DNA of 55,905 nucleotides from a virus (Duplodnaviria; Heunggongvirae; Uroviricota; Caudoviricetes): IMG/VR virus record IMGVR_UViG_2698536580_000003, positions 1 to 55,905 of that record; one strand, 5' to 3'. Shown piece by piece: positions 19,053 to 30,552 of this stretch (position 1 is its first letter; each line of letters starts with the position of its first letter). The notes under the pieces were generated by a model. It saw only the letters and a program-made list of their open reading frames with translations, ran no database searches and was not told where the DNA came from. The position numbers and the translations under genes were made by a program.

Positions 19053-19703
19053 TTAATATCCCATTGCAATGTAATACGCATCAGCAGATGAACCATATCC
19101 TGAACCGGGCGACACTGTAATATCAAATCCAGTGTTATGGACATTTGTCGCCGATACAGTCGGCTGCCCTGACGCGCCAGTAACGTTCAATGTAACTGTG
19201 ACAGCAAGGACTCTTGAGAATGTCATCGGGAACCTCATCCCGTATGTTGAAGATACATTAGGGGAGCCATTCAACTGACCGCACTGTAAAATTAATCCAG
19301 ACGGAAATTTTTGCGCAGCAGCCGTTGCGGTATTACTTGACGCGAACAGGCTCATATCAGGTATCTGATTCGCCCCTGTACCTACATTCCTTTTAGCTGC
19401 TTCTCCCAAACCAAGGTTTTCGAGAGCCGTTTTCACCGTGCCATCCGATTTGATATCGCCAAACGGATTCTTGCGGCTTAACAGCAGCGCGCGAAGTGCG
19501 GTAAGCAACTGATCGTGCCGCCCCTTCTCCAGGCTGGCACCGGATGCCTCCACCACGCTGCAAAGCTCCTCCTGCAACATGTCAAAGTAGTCATCATCCA
19601 GATCGGTGGCAGGCGTGCCAGTCTGGTGGTTACCACGGGTAAAACCGTTCTTACCCGCGCCGAACTTATCCTTCTGCGCGGTTTTCGTGTCTATACGATG
19701 CAT
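19053..19703 (-). CDS. tail fiber protein
   Basis: 216 aa; conserved N-terminal region, Gly/Ser/Thr-rich C-terminus. Confidence 0.6.
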   Translation of the reverse strand: MHRIDTKTAQKDKFGAGKNGFTRGNHQTGTPATDLDDDYFDMLQEELCSVVEASGASLEKGRHDQLLTALRALLLSRKNPFGDIKSDGTVKTALENLGLGEAAKRNVGTGANQIPDMSLFASSNTATAAAQKFPSGLILQCGQLNGSPNVSSTYGMRFPMTFSRVLAVTVTLNVTGASGQPTVSATNVHNTGFDITVSPGSGYGSSADAYYIAMGY

Positions 19704-19706
19704 GGA

Positions 19707-20291
19707 TTACTCCGGATATTTAAAAATCACATAGGTATGCGACGGGCAGAGTTTGTTAAGCACACACTCGACAACGGTGTCCCCCCAGAAGCGCAGCGCG
19801 GAATCACAGGGATCGCCACATGTCATCCAGGTGGTGTTGGTGGCGACTGGCATGTTGACCTGCCAGTAATACCGCCATTCCGGCGCATTCACCGCGTCAG
19901 TACAGGCAGATGAGCAGGTGAACGTGCTTTTGTCGTATCGCGTGATGGTAGCGTCTGGTCTGCCCAGGGCAGCAAGCTGTGCAAGGTAAAAATCCTCATT
20001 GATGCCGCCCGCCAGGTTAACCTTCGCATCCAGTCGTTGCTGACGCTGGCGAAGGGTCTGTGTCCCTGCGGGAATACATTCATCCGGCAGACCGCACAGA
20101 CGCTCCCAGCGGTTTATCAGTTCAGTAGTGGTGCGCGGATCCAGCTCCCGCATCAGGGCATCCGCACGCTGATGAACGCGGGTTAATGACGGTGCCGCAC
20201 CGGCAATCGCCGGATCTCTGGCTGACCACGCCGGACCGGGTGGCAACAGTGCCGACAACAGACGGATGTAATCATCGTTTGTCACGTCCAT
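19707..20291 (-). CDS. Mu gp48-like tail protein (YmfQ/DUF2313-like)
   Basis: N-terminus [22 protein letters not shown] typical of this family. Confidence 0.7.
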   Translation of the reverse strand: MDVTNDDYIRLLSALLPPGPAWSARDPAIAGAAPSLTRVHQRADALMRELDPRTTTELINRWERLCGLPDECIPAGTQTLRQRQQRLDAKVNLAGGINEDFYLAQLAALGRPDATITRYDKSTFTCSSACTDAVNAPEWRYYWQVNMPVATNTTWMTCGDPCDSALRFWGDTVVECVLNKLCPSHTYVIFKYPE

Positions 20292-21340
20292 GAAATCGTC
20301 CCCAGTACCGCCAGTTCATTTTTTGCAATGGAGATATTGTCCGCCGGTGCAAGCAACTGATGGCTGTATTCCCCGTTCGCACCGGAAATCGCTTCACTGA
20401 TACGTGACACCTTCAGTTCTCCCTGCGGATAACCATCACGCAGCAGGAACGAACGCAACTCGGCGGTGATGGCAGCCCGTATTTCCGGTGTGTCCGGCGT
20501 CACACGGATATGAAAATCCACTTTATGCGCCACCGGCCTGAATACATACAAATCAGAGCCTGCCACCGGGGCCAGTGGCCCGATATGTTGTCTTGCCGCC
20601 GTTTCCGTTGATTCTTCCGGAATGGGATTAATCAGGTCACTGCCGGCAATCATCACACCGACAGTCCCCGTTCCCATCCAGTGTCGGTATGTCCATGCGC
20701 GGGTAATGCCGGGCACTTCTTTAGCCCAGACGACATAGTCCCCGTCAGCCCCGCCCTGAGGCGTCCAGTAATACCGCTCAATGACGCGGGCGCGCCACGT
20801 TTCCAGCTCTTCAGTATCAAATCCGCCTGTCAGGGTATCTGCCTCGCCAGAAGACGGCAGACCATTCACCGGCGTGACCAGGATTAATGACGTACCGTCG
20901 TCAGCATTACCGACCGCGCCTGTACTTGAGCAGGCGATCGGCACGCGCAGGACACCACCGGTGCTGGTTGCATCGGCAGTTGCCGTGTACTGCACCAGGT
21001 CATCGCGCTGAATAACACTCCCGGCGGTCACCTTCAGGCCATCGCTGACACCTTCCCAGCGCATATACCCGCTGGCAGCCGTGGCCCCCTTGCGCGGACA
21101 CCGTTTCATCGCAGCATGTCGCGCCAGCCAGGACTCATCGCACAGGTCAGGCAGCATGTTCATTGCCAGATAATCGATGTAACCGTAAACCGTATGCAGC
21201 GCCGCCGCATACACCTTTGCCCGCACGTCTTCATCCATGCGTCGGAGCGTGTCGCTGACGTCCAGCCTGGCGAATAAATCGTTACGGAGCATACTGATAT
21301 TTTCTGCCAGCGTCGGGCGCTGAAATTCACTGTCCGCCAT
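20282..21340 (-). CDS. baseplate J-like protein (Mu gp47-like)
   Basis: 352 aa; position and composition. Confidence 0.7.
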   Translation of the reverse strand: MADSEFQRPTLAENISMLRNDLFARLDVSDTLRRMDEDVRAKVYAAALHTVYGYIDYLAMNMLPDLCDESWLARHAAMKRCPRKGATAASGYMRWEGVSDGLKVTAGSVIQRDDLVQYTATADATSTGGVLRVPIACSSTGAVGNADDGTSLILVTPVNGLPSSGEADTLTGGFDTEELETWRARVIERYYWTPQGGADGDYVVWAKEVPGITRAWTYRHWMGTGTVGVMIAGSDLINPIPEESTETAARQHIGPLAPVAGSDLYVFRPVAHKVDFHIRVTPDTPEIRAAITAELRSFLLRDGYPQGELKVSRISEAISGANGEYSHQLLAPADNISIAKNELAVLGTISWT

Positions 21341-21755
21341 GCGTTATCGCACTCCACAGATCATCAAAAGAAATCATTACTGGTCCATCACGACGCCAGA
21401 GGGTGATACTGTTACCCAGCTCATTAATCCCGGTGCGGCGGATATCCAGATCAATACGGGACACCACGCCGTCATCAATCATCCATTGCAGGCATTCGCG
21501 GATATATCCCCTTACCGTCTGCACCAGCTGATTGGTCAGTTTGCTGCGCTGAAGCAGCCACAGTCGGGAGCCGTAACGGTCATTCTGTACCGCAGGCCAG
21601 GTATCCCCCCACCATCCCATCGGGACGTCGGCGTTGTCATCAGGCTCCGCCCGCCGCCAGGTAAACAGGGAAATCACCACGGCGCGGGTCAGCGGATCCA
21701 GCGGTGCGCTGGCGCAGGTGCGTTTACCGTTCACCGTCAGCCACAGTTCCATCAT
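21327..21755 (-). CDS. baseplate protein (phage GP46 family)
   Basis: 142 aa; position between baseplate V and J. Confidence 0.6.
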   Translation of the reverse strand: MMELWLTVNGKRTCASAPLDPLTRAVVISLFTWRRAEPDDNADVPMGWWGDTWPAVQNDRYGSRLWLLQRSKLTNQLVQTVRGYIRECLQWMIDDGVVSRIDLDIRRTGINELGNSITLWRRDGPVMISFDDLWSAITHGGQ

Positions 21756-22300
21756 GCCTCCATCGCTTTATCCGGTTTGTCGGTGTTACTGCCCTGACCG
21801 TTCTCTCTGTGACGATGCCCGTTATAGGCAAGCCGCATCGCTGACATGGTGGTGCCGCCGGAGTCGCACAGGTCTTTCACCTGTCCTGTCACTTCCAGGT
21901 CCATTTCAAAACGTGCCTTAGGCGCATTGCGAAACGTGATCGTTTTACCTGCACCGTCCACCACGATCCCCTCCCGGGTCAGCGTCACAGACTGCCCCTG
22001 ATCGTCATAGACAGCCACCTCACCCGTCTGCAGCCCTTTCAGGCGGTAGCGCCGGTCCGACACCGTAACAACCACCGCATGAGAACGGTCGCCATCCGGA
22101 AACAACACCACCGCTTCCGCACCGCTGTTTGCCCTTGCGGTAAAACCGTAGGGTTCAAGATGTTCAATCCCGGCTTTGGGTTCACCGGCAATCAGGGACA
22201 CATCCACGGTCTGACATTTCGTGGCGGCACTGATGCTTTTCACCACTGCCCGCCCAATCAGGCCGAGGAGTTGTCGCTGCATGGCTTCAATCGTCCTCAT
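21752..22300 (-). CDS. baseplate assembly protein V-like (Mu gp45)
   Basis: 182 aa; synteny in Mu-like tail module. Confidence 0.65.
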   Translation of the reverse strand: MRTIEAMQRQLLGLIGRAVVKSISAATKCQTVDVSLIAGEPKAGIEHLEPYGFTARANSGAEAVVLFPDGDRSHAVVVTVSDRRYRLKGLQTGEVAVYDDQGQSVTLTREGIVVDGAGKTITFRNAPKARFEMDLEVTGQVKDLCDSGGTTMSAMRLAYNGHRHRENGQGSNTDKPDKAMEA

Positions 22301-23379
22301 CAGAACGGGTCCTCCTGTACTCTGGCTTTTTTCTTTTTCCGCGCGCCGGGGGCTTCGGGTTCAGGCAGATAAGCATCAGGCGGGCCGACACGGATTTCCG
22401 TCAGGGTGCCGTTCTGGTCCTGAGTAAATGTGACTTCCGAAACAAGCAGTTCGGTATTGTCGAAACCACAGACCGGATCAAAGACAATCACCCGCTGGTT
22501 GGGCTGCCACAGCGTACCGTTACCCTGTCGCCAGCCCTGCACCACATAGGTGGTTTCATCCGTCCGCGCCGCCCGTTGCCGGGCTTCAAAGTCAGCACGC
22601 GCAATACAGCCTGCCCCCGTAGCCTGCCCTGTCTGCCTGATATACATCGGACGGTAACGGGCAATAAATGCGTCCTCTGTGCGGGCCCGCAGCGCGGTGG
22701 TGGTGGCCTCACCGAAATCATCGTCGTTTCCGGCACACTGCCCCGCCACCTGGTAAACTGAAAACCGCTCCCGGATACTCTTCTCCGTATCACAGGAAAG
22801 GATGTTTTCCCCAAGTACCAGCGCGGTATGTGCCCGCGTTGAGCCAATACCGCCAATCACCAGCCTGCCGTGCGGGTCGTCATAAGCCAGCGCCTGCTGC
22901 TGACCGAGTATTTTGTTGATTACCTCAATCACCGTTTCACCGTGATCAGGCTGGACATCAGGAATAACACCCGACGGCGCACCGCTGTTCACCACCTCAA
23001 TGCCGAAAGGCGCAGCAAGCGCCTGCGCAATCTGTACCAGCGATCGTCCGTTAAACTGTGTCGGTTCGGCTGCACAGTCAATCAGGTCAGCGGTCAGACT
23101 GCGTCCGGCAATACCGGTGCTGACCGAACGGGCATCGTAACGAACGGGCGTCGCCTCCACCCAGCCGGTGATCACCAGCTCATCACCAATCAGCACCTCC
23201 ACTTTTGAACCGTTTTTAATGTGCGACTGAAGCGTGGTAATACCCTCATCTCCCGGCCACTGGCGGGTGATCTCCACACTGAAATCCCGCGCCAGCCGTT
23301 CAATACCGGCACCGATGCGCACCGATGTCCAGCCATTCCACTCCCGGCCATTTACCCGTAGCGTGACATTGTCGTTCAT
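22300..23379 (-). CDS. Mu P-like tail/baseplate hub protein
   Basis: 359 aa; synteny. Confidence 0.65.
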   Translation of the reverse strand: MNDNVTLRVNGREWNGWTSVRIGAGIERLARDFSVEITRQWPGDEGITTLQSHIKNGSKVEVLIGDELVITGWVEATPVRYDARSVSTGIAGRSLTADLIDCAAEPTQFNGRSLVQIAQALAAPFGIEVVNSGAPSGVIPDVQPDHGETVIEVINKILGQQQALAYDDPHGRLVIGGIGSTRAHTALVLGENILSCDTEKSIRERFSVYQVAGQCAGNDDDFGEATTTALRARTEDAFIARYRPMYIRQTGQATGAGCIARADFEARQRAARTDETTYVVQGWRQGNGTLWQPNQRVIVFDPVCGFDNTELLVSEVTFTQDQNGTLTEIRVGPPDAYLPEPEAPGARKKKKARVQEDPF

Positions 23380-24752
23380 TGCACTGGCACCTTCAGAGGG
23401 ATCACCGGCACAAAGCCGGGATGCGTAATGGCATTACGCCGGATAATGTTCGCGTCACGCGCCGCGTTATCAAACCAGGTCGCCGCCAGCACCAGCGCGG
23501 GTAAAACCTCATCCGGTGTGCGCTGAATGATCCGTGCAGACTGTTCAAGGCGCGTGTTGATATCCGCATTCAGATCTGCTTTCACCCGGCGCAGCGCCAG
23601 AAACAGCGCATCACTGGTTGTACGGGACAACTCCTTATCAATTGCCGTATTCAGTGTGTCGCGAATGTCAGTCAGTTCTTCCCACGTCGGCAGGTCAACC
23701 GTGTTTTTCACCGCCGGTGCATTGTTCAGTGCCGGATGCGTGACGGAAGGCCAGCCAGTGCTCTGCGCAGGTGTTGTAGCCTGCCCCACTGAGGAATTCT
23801 GCATCACCGCGGAAGTTGTTGGCGCAGGCAATTGGGTGACGGCATACGCCGCTTCGCTGATTGCGGTCGTACGAAGGGTACTGGCAACCACGTTACGCTG
23901 CTGCGTCGCCGTGGCGGTGGTTTTACTGTCCGTTTTCCAGACGCCGCGCGGTTGCAGATCGCTGCCGAGGCTGACACCGGAAAGCGTTTTGATCATGGTG
24001 ACCAGGTCGCTGGCGTTACCATAAAGGCGTTTCCCGGTACGCCACATTTTCTGCACCTGCTCAACGAAATTTTTGCCTGACGATGGCGGCGGCAGAAGTA
24101 CCGAGATATCCCCCTGCAACAGCCTGGCGGCATCCGATACGGCAGAATCCACCACTTTCATCGCATCAGAAACATACCCCAGCATTATGCTGGCATTACC
24201 GATAACGTCGTTCTGCACGAAATCCGCCACACCATCGATACTGAAACCGCTGAAGCTGTCACTGATGCAGTCATCCAGTGCAGAACAGGATGACATCAGC
24301 GTCTGCGCCGTCGCCGCACCTGATGTGGGGTAAGAGAGTTCTCCTGCTTCGACAAACTTCAGGTCAAAGCGGACAATACGCCCTTCACTTTTCGATGTGC
24401 TGACCCGAACTTCCCCGTCAACACAGACTTTCAGCTCACCATATGTCGGGTGGACAAGCGTGCCGGGACCGGGTTTATTCAGCGCGTCAATCAGGCGATC
24501 GCGCTGGTCAAAGCAGTCATCTCCCACCACATAAGCCGTGATGGACGGGCGAAAAGTGATTTTCCCCAGGTCTTCGGTATAGGGTTTGTCGCGGTTCGGG
24601 TATTCATGTGTTTCCACACGGCGACCGGTTCCCGCACTTTCTTCTTCAACCTTAAACGGCACGCCGCGAAATGACGCGTCCTGAAGTCTGTCACGCCAGC
24701 CTGAAGACGACGAAAGTAATGAAGGTCGGGTGGGAAATGAGGATAAATCCAT
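23376..24752 (-). CDS. Mu N-like DNA circularisation protein
   Basis: 458 aa; synteny downstream of tape measure. Confidence 0.65.
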   Translation of the reverse strand: MDLSSFPTRPSLLSSSSGWRDRLQDASFRGVPFKVEEESAGTGRRVETHEYPNRDKPYTEDLGKITFRPSITAYVVGDDCFDQRDRLIDALNKPGPGTLVHPTYGELKVCVDGEVRVSTSKSEGRIVRFDLKFVEAGELSYPTSGAATAQTLMSSCSALDDCISDSFSGFSIDGVADFVQNDVIGNASIMLGYVSDAMKVVDSAVSDAARLLQGDISVLLPPPSSGKNFVEQVQKMWRTGKRLYGNASDLVTMIKTLSGVSLGSDLQPRGVWKTDSKTTATATQQRNVVASTLRTTAISEAAYAVTQLPAPTTSAVMQNSSVGQATTPAQSTGWPSVTHPALNNAPAVKNTVDLPTWEELTDIRDTLNTAIDKELSRTTSDALFLALRRVKADLNADINTRLEQSARIIQRTPDEVLPALVLAATWFDNAARDANIIRRNAITHPGFVPVIPLKVPVQ

Positions 24753-24776
24753 AGACTGACCTCAAAAAGGACTGCG

Positions 24777-26684
24777 TTATCGTGGAAAACGAAAAGGGGA
24801 ATACCCCACATCGTGCGTGATTTTCATCAGGGGATCGGCTTTGCCCGGTACATCAATTATCTTCATACCTGGCGGAGCATTCTCGAACGTGACTTTCAGT
24901 TCGCTGTGCTGTGTCATGGAAGAAGATGGATTCAACAGCGGAACATTGGGTTTGTACTGGCTCAGGTTGGCCTGATACTGCTCGTACTCTTTACGATCAA
25001 AAAAAGGCGTCCAGTCTGAAGCCAGAAACAGCCCTTTATTATCCAGCCAGTTAACCGTATCTTCAGGAACAACACTTTCCAGAGTATCTTTAACCGGCTC
25101 ATACATCAGGGTTCCCAGAAAACCATATACCCCGGCCTTCCCGATAAAGTCGCGGCCTTTCCCCATCAATCCCGTTTCTGCCGATACCTTCCCCAGCGTA
25201 CGCATCTCTCTGGTCACTGCGGTAATGGATTTGGTAACGTCAGCAACCCATTTGGTTGCCATAAACAGGGCAATCGCTTTCAGAACAGTTTCCCATCCCC
25301 CCATCGCCTGCGCCGTTTCATCCACCACGTGCCAGACTTTTTTTATGACAGGGCCTACGGTTTCCCAGTTATCAATAATGAGGTAAGCGCCACCAACCAG
25401 AAGAGCAATCAGCCCCTTAGCTGGCGTCATATTCATCACACCGCCGAGAACTTTCATAATTCTGGACAAAGAGCCTGCAGCGGCTCCCACCGTCAGTAAG
25501 GCCAGACCGATTTTAGCAATGGTCTTAACGAGCTCCGGGTTTTCACGGACAAACGTTCTCACTTCCTCAAGGAGCGGTTTTACCGCTTCAAGACCATCAT
25601 TAACCTCAGGAAGAAACGTTTCCCCCAGCGTGGAAGAAATGGCATCAAGTTGATTTTGCAGAAGTAAAAGCTGGTTTTCCGTCGTCGCTGCCCTCGAAGC
25701 ATATTCCTTCTGCATCGAACTGCCATACTGCTGGGAATCTGCAACCCGCCTGAAGTTGGTACGCAACAAATCAAGGTTAGTCAGCAGAGGTGCTATCGCG
25801 CCCAGAGACTCTTTCCCGAACAGGGCATTCAGCACAGCGGCCTGTTTTTCTTTAGGCACTTTAGCCATCGCATCCAGTACAGACAGCATGGTGCCCCGGG
25901 CATCTTTCTGCATATCAGCAGCTAATTTCTTCGGATTGATCCGCAGAAAACGCAATGCCTGTTTCTGCGATTTTGTCGCAGAATTTCCCGCGGTCAGGGA
26001 AAGCATGAAGTTCTTGATCCCTGTGGCGGCAATTTCTGACTCCACGCCCATCCCGGCAATGGTTGCCCCCATTGCCGCAATTTCGCCGGAAGCCACACCT
26101 GCAACACCACCTAAAGGACCAATACGCGTAACAATATCGGAGATTTTCTTCGCATTCGCCGGGCCGGTATTACCAAGGTAGTTGATTTTGTCAGCCAGCC
26201 CGGCCACTTCATCCTGCGTCATATTAAACGCAGTACGCCACTGGGCCATCATCTGCCCGGACTCTTCAGCCGTTGTATCAAAGGCCACGCCCATCTTCAC
26301 CGCATCAGTGGCAAACTGCATCAGTTCATCACGTGCAATCCCGGCCTGACCGCCAGCCGCCACAATTTCCGCGATCCCGTCTGCAGACATGGGAAGCTCT
26401 GTAGACAAAGCGCGTACCTGCTCCGTCATGGCCTTAAATGCATCCGGCGTATCCAGACCGTCCACCACTTTGCGGACATCAGCCATCTTCGATTCAAGGG
26501 TGATGGCTGATTTTACAGGGAGTGCCAGTGCCCCCATTATTGCAGTACCCGCCCCGGCAGCGCCCAGAGCAAGGCTGGAGACTTCTTTCTGAAATCCCTT
26601 AAGCTGACGCTGCATACCTTTAAGCGGGCCGGATAGCCTGTCAACGGCGGTGATGATGGCTTTCAGCTGAAAATTATCAGCCAT
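24777..26684 (-). CDS. tail tape measure protein
   Basis: 635 aa, Ala/Gly-rich with coiled-coil character. Confidence 0.8.
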   Translation of the reverse strand: MADNFQLKAIITAVDRLSGPLKGMQRQLKGFQKEVSSLALGAAGAGTAIMGALALPVKSAITLESKMADVRKVVDGLDTPDAFKAMTEQVRALSTELPMSADGIAEIVAAGGQAGIARDELMQFATDAVKMGVAFDTTAEESGQMMAQWRTAFNMTQDEVAGLADKINYLGNTGPANAKKISDIVTRIGPLGGVAGVASGEIAAMGATIAGMGVESEIAATGIKNFMLSLTAGNSATKSQKQALRFLRINPKKLAADMQKDARGTMLSVLDAMAKVPKEKQAAVLNALFGKESLGAIAPLLTNLDLLRTNFRRVADSQQYGSSMQKEYASRAATTENQLLLLQNQLDAISSTLGETFLPEVNDGLEAVKPLLEEVRTFVRENPELVKTIAKIGLALLTVGAAAGSLSRIMKVLGGVMNMTPAKGLIALLVGGAYLIIDNWETVGPVIKKVWHVVDETAQAMGGWETVLKAIALFMATKWVADVTKSITAVTREMRTLGKVSAETGLMGKGRDFIGKAGVYGFLGTLMYEPVKDTLESVVPEDTVNWLDNKGLFLASDWTPFFDRKEYEQYQANLSQYKPNVPLLNPSSSMTQHSELKVTFENAPPGMKIIDVPGKADPLMKITHDVGYSPFRFPR

Positions 26685-26768
26685 GCTTCATCTCCTCATT
26701 TATACGGACGGCCTCTGCCTCCAGATCAGCAAAGTGGGAAATAGCCGTCCGGCGAAGTTCAAGGGGGT

Positions 26769-27092
26769 TTAATTTCCAGAACCACGCGACATTGTAGAAT
26801 CGCTTCCTGAGGTCTCTTCCGTCCCCAAGCCGGTAAAAAAACGCATTACAATCATGCCTGCCTTGAAAATATCCAGCTTCGTCATCTGCGCTGCAGACGA
26901 GCGCGGAATCCCGGCCAGAAGCGGGATATATTTCAGCGCCACCTGACTGTCCATTTTCATACCACCATCAGGCGAAACAGAGAATGGGAACCCCAGCGCC
27001 TCAATCTCGTCATACGTAGGCTCACGTATTTCCAGCACATGCAGTGTTTCTTTGTGGGCGATGATCGGTTTTTTAAGTACAAGCTCAATCAC
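26769..27092 (-). CDS. tail assembly chaperone-like protein
   Basis: 107 aa between tube and tape measure. Confidence 0.5.
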   Translation of the reverse strand: MIELVLKKPIIAHKETLHVLEIREPTYDEIEALGFPFSVSPDGGMKMDSQVALKYIPLLAGIPRSSAAQMTKLDIFKAGMIVMRFFTGLGTEETSGSDSTMSRGSGN

Positions 27093-27445
27093 TGGTAATC
27101 CCCTTCTTCACCGTGGAACTCAAGGTCAACCGTGCCTTCTTCGGCATTATGGTTCGCTTCGCCGTGCAGCCAGGCAGACGACAGTACATAGACCTGACCG
27201 TTCGCCAGCTCGGCAGTGATGGTCATCTCATCAGACGAGGTGATTTTGCTCACCGGAAAATTCTTCGGCACCTTGAAGGTCCCTTTAACATAAGGCGCAC
27301 GGTGAGTTTCCTTGCGGTCCACTGAACCGTCCAGGCCGATGATGTCATCATTGACCGTCCTGTTCATGGGCACCTCAATGCCGCCGGTCAGCGATAGCTG
27401 CTGACCGTCAATTTTGAAATAACAGGTTCCCCCGATACGGGCCAT
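27089..27445 (-). CDS. tail tube protein (Mu M-like)
   Basis: 118 aa immediately downstream of sheath. Confidence 0.7.
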   Translation of the reverse strand: MARIGGTCYFKIDGQQLSLTGGIEVPMNRTVNDDIIGLDGSVDRKETHRAPYVKGTFKVPKNFPVSKITSSDEMTITAELANGQVYVLSSAWLHGEANHNAEEGTVDLEFHGEEGDYQ

Positions 27446-28941
27446 TATGCGGACTCCTCTGAATACTGAAGACGGAACTGGTTAACCACGGCAAAGACAC
27501 GCAACTGGTTAACATAGTCAGGCGGGAACAGCGTGTTCAGGCGGTTCGGATCGCTGGCATCACGCTCCACAACCAGGTACTGCTTAAAAAGTTCGTAGTT
27601 TTCCACGATCCCCGCACGCTCAAGCTGACGGTAGGTTGCCAGCAGTTCCCCTTTGATCACCGCCGGGGTGACAATCGCCTGACCGGAACCAAAGCGGGTA
27701 CCGTCGCTGGCAAGCTTGTGACGCCCGTACTTACTGGTAATGACGGATTTCAGTTTGCGCAGCACATACGCGCTGGTATGCAGCGTCTCGCTGTCGAGGT
27801 AGCTGTTATCCGCAACCCCGTAAGCGTTTTTCCTGTACGTGGTGACATCACGCTGAATGCGCAGCACCCCGCTTTCGACATACGCCGTTGCCACGCCATG
27901 AGACAGCAGGGTCTGCTGCTCGGTCATCGTGAACCGTTTCCCCTTCGGCGCAGGCAGCATACCCACCAGCTCACCGGTCTGCGTGGGACGTGCCGGATCG
28001 TTGCGGATAAACACCGCTGCGCGGGCGGTACGGCTTGCCGCCAGCTCGTCGGCAGGTGTCTGGGTTTCTTTTTCGTACCCCGCCAGGGTAATGTGCTGCT
28101 GGTTAAACTGGTCACCTGCGGTCACCAGTTCTGACAGCGTGCCGGTCTTTGCCGTATACACATGACCATACAGCTGACGCGCATAGCTCCAGCGACCGCT
28201 GGTATCGTTCATCTCGGTCACCAGCGTGTTAACGGAGGCCGTGTCGTTGAACGGCAGACCGATATAATCAAACGGCTCATCCGCCATTGCAGCCACCGCA
28301 CCGGTGAGAACAGGAGCGCCCGTTCCGGCGGTACCCGTCGCCACAGCAATCTGTACGCCCGCTGGCAGCACTTCGCCCCCACCAAAGCCGTAGTAATTGA
28401 GGCTGACAGGAATTTCATTCCCGCAAAGCCCCTTATGACGCGCGGTCAGTGTGACCACGCCTGCCGAAGATGAGGCCGTAAACGGCAGGGCCGGAACGGC
28501 ATTGATGGCATCCTGGATACTGCTGGCAATCGTCGTGACGTTATCGCCGTTGGTCACCGGTGCCTGCACGCGGGTACGTCCCACATAAACATTCACCGTG
28601 CCGGTTTCGGTTGCTGCTCCGGTCACCGTCAGCGTAACCGTTGCCGCCGCGCCTGTGGCTTCCGGAACGGCAATCACATACAGCTCGCCAAAGGGGTCGG
28701 TCTGGCGATAAGCCTCGACCATACGCGCCAGCTGACTTCCCGCACCACAAATCTGGCGTGCATAGTCTGCCGACGGCATCAGTACCAGACTGTTGGCAAC
28801 AATCTCTGCACCGTTATTGGCATGACCAATCAGCAGCGATACTCCGCTGTCCTGTGCAGTATTCGCCGCCTGGTTATCCATTTCCGCATAAAACAGCGGA
28901 ACCAGCGTATTCGACGGAATGGTGTTAAAGCTTATCGTCAT
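27445..28941 (-). CDS. contractile tail sheath protein (Mu L-like)
   Basis: 498 aa; synteny and composition. Confidence 0.8.
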   Translation of the reverse strand: MTISFNTIPSNTLVPLFYAEMDNQAANTAQDSGVSLLIGHANNGAEIVANSLVLMPSADYARQICGAGSQLARMVEAYRQTDPFGELYVIAVPEATGAAATVTLTVTGAATETGTVNVYVGRTRVQAPVTNGDNVTTIASSIQDAINAVPALPFTASSSAGVVTLTARHKGLCGNEIPVSLNYYGFGGGEVLPAGVQIAVATGTAGTGAPVLTGAVAAMADEPFDYIGLPFNDTASVNTLVTEMNDTSGRWSYARQLYGHVYTAKTGTLSELVTAGDQFNQQHITLAGYEKETQTPADELAASRTARAAVFIRNDPARPTQTGELVGMLPAPKGKRFTMTEQQTLLSHGVATAYVESGVLRIQRDVTTYRKNAYGVADNSYLDSETLHTSAYVLRKLKSVITSKYGRHKLASDGTRFGSGQAIVTPAVIKGELLATYRQLERAGIVENYELFKQYLVVERDASDPNRLNTLFPPDYVNQLRVFAVVNQFRLQYSEESA

Positions 28942-29103
28942 CGGTGTTCACCTTTTTATTCACGCGCCGGATATCACCCGCTGCTTCACGGCGCAGCCAG
29001 TAGTTGTTCTCGTCAACATTTCGCCCTTCGACGGGCAAAAGGTCGCCGCGGGCAGGGTCAGGAACTGACCGCCCTTTAACAGGTTTGACAAACATGAGGA
29101 TCC

Positions 29104-29664
29104 TCAGGAAGGAAGGGTTATTTCGGTGTGATGTTCGATATCGCCGTCAGGCCCGTTACCGGGCTCGAGATAATCAACATCAATCGCCAGCGTTTGCAGT
29201 TCATCCAGACTGTTCAGATCATCCTGCTGGCGGGTATCGTCTTCAGTCAGCTCGCTGATGACCGAAAAATCGAACTGATAAATCAGCTCATGACGATTCA
29301 GATCCAGCAGCGTGCCGCCGTCATAGGTAATCGGGTTACCGCACGCTTCCGGGTTCCAGCCCAGCAGGGCCTTAAAGAGCATCTGCCGGACATCGTCCAC
29401 CACATCATACGAGGCAAACTGACCGCGCTCATCACGCCCGTTACTCAGTATGACAACCACGGAGAAGCCCTCTTTCAGCTCCTGCCAGTAGTCGGTCTGG
29501 CTTTTGTTTTCTCCCGGAGAGTCATCACCCGGTACCACATACGCCGCCGGGAGTCTCAGCTTTCCGACCTCCGGCAGATTTTTGAACTGTGCCGCGCCTG
29601 CCACCCGGTTTTCAAAATACGGGCAGCGGGCACGCAGCGCAGCAATAACAGGCGTCAGTTTCAT
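29104..29664 (-). CDS. virion structural protein (neck/tail completion, Gp37-like)
   Basis: 186 aa; position between head-tail connectors and sheath. Confidence 0.5.
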   Translation of the reverse strand: MKLTPVIAALRARCPYFENRVAGAAQFKNLPEVGKLRLPAAYVVPGDDSPGENKSQTDYWQELKEGFSVVVILSNGRDERGQFASYDVVDDVRQMLFKALLGWNPEACGNPITYDGGTLLDLNRHELIYQFDFSVISELTEDDTRQQDDLNSLDELQTLAIDVDYLEPGNGPDGDIEHHTEITLPS

Positions 29665-30167
29665 CTGTGTCGTCGCTCCGGCTTCAGTGATTTACGCAAT
29701 TCCCGCGCCAGAAAATAGCGTGTCCAGCTGCGGTTCTTTTCAAGAGTTTCCACCATGAAGTTATTACGTGGAGCCAGTCGCCAGCCGCTGCCACCGGATG
29801 CACCACGATGATGACTACGACGACGTTTTGCTCCTCCCCGGACACCAAAAAACAGAAACGCCGGATAGAAGTCACCAGAGATCATCCGGTTCCCCTTCCC
29901 GTTGCGCTGGTTAGGGGCAATGCGTGTCATAAAACCGGCTCGCTTTTTACTGGCTCTCGGCACCATATAACCAATCGAACGAGCCAGGCGTCCGGTCTGA
30001 TAACCGGGGTTTTCACCCGGTGCCGACCGCGCACGGCGCATCACCAGCCGACGGGCATCACGCATATGACGCTGCCCAATCGTGACAAACGCCCGCCGGA
30101 CACGGGCGCGGTTAAAGCGCATCTCGGCGGGCTGCTGAACATCAACGTGAAAAAAGGGAGTCGCCAT
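29661..30167 (-). CDS. HK97 gp10-like head-tail joining protein
   Basis: 168 aa, basic; synteny. Confidence 0.5.
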   Translation of the reverse strand: MATPFFHVDVQQPAEMRFNRARVRRAFVTIGQRHMRDARRLVMRRARSAPGENPGYQTGRLARSIGYMVPRASKKRAGFMTRIAPNQRNGKGNRMISGDFYPAFLFFGVRGGAKRRRSHHRGASGGSGWRLAPRNNFMVETLEKNRSWTRYFLARELRKSLKPERRHR

Positions 30168-30552
30168 TGCTGCCTCCGTGACTCTGCCTACATTCGCCCA
30201 GCTCCGTACACTCCAGCAGCAGAAAGCGCCGCGCCCCGTTCAGATCGCGCTGACGTTTCACCCGGTACACACTGTCATCACAGACCACCTCATAATCAGC
30301 AGTGATCCCCCGGCGGTAGCGAATGGTGATGTAATGGGTGATGGCGTCCCCGGTCTGCGCGGTTTCCTGCCAGGTGGTGGCACTGGTCTGGATAACCTTC
30401 GCCCATGTCCGGAACGTAACCGGGTATTGAGACTCCACACCAAAGTTATCCGCGGGCATATCCACCCGCTGGCGGATCAGGACGCGTTTATTCAGTTCAC
30501 CGGGGTCCGGCAGAATGTAGGTTGCGCTGGTCTGCGCCTGACGAATTTTCAT
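30142..30552 (-). CDS. head closure / head-tail adaptor protein
   Basis: 136 aa; synteny. Confidence 0.55.
   Translation of the reverse strand: MKIRQAQTSATYILPDPGELNKRVLIRQRVDMPADNFGVESQYPVTFRTWAKVIQTSATTWQETAQTGDAITHYITIRYRRGITADYEVVCDDSVYRVKRQRDLNGARRFLLLECTELGECRQSHGGSNGDSLFSR

Noticed and set aside
27718-28473. Several ORFs on both strands inside the tail sheath gene
   Set aside because: Arg/Cys-rich translations overlapping a well-supported structural gene; artefacts of appearing GC-rich sequence.
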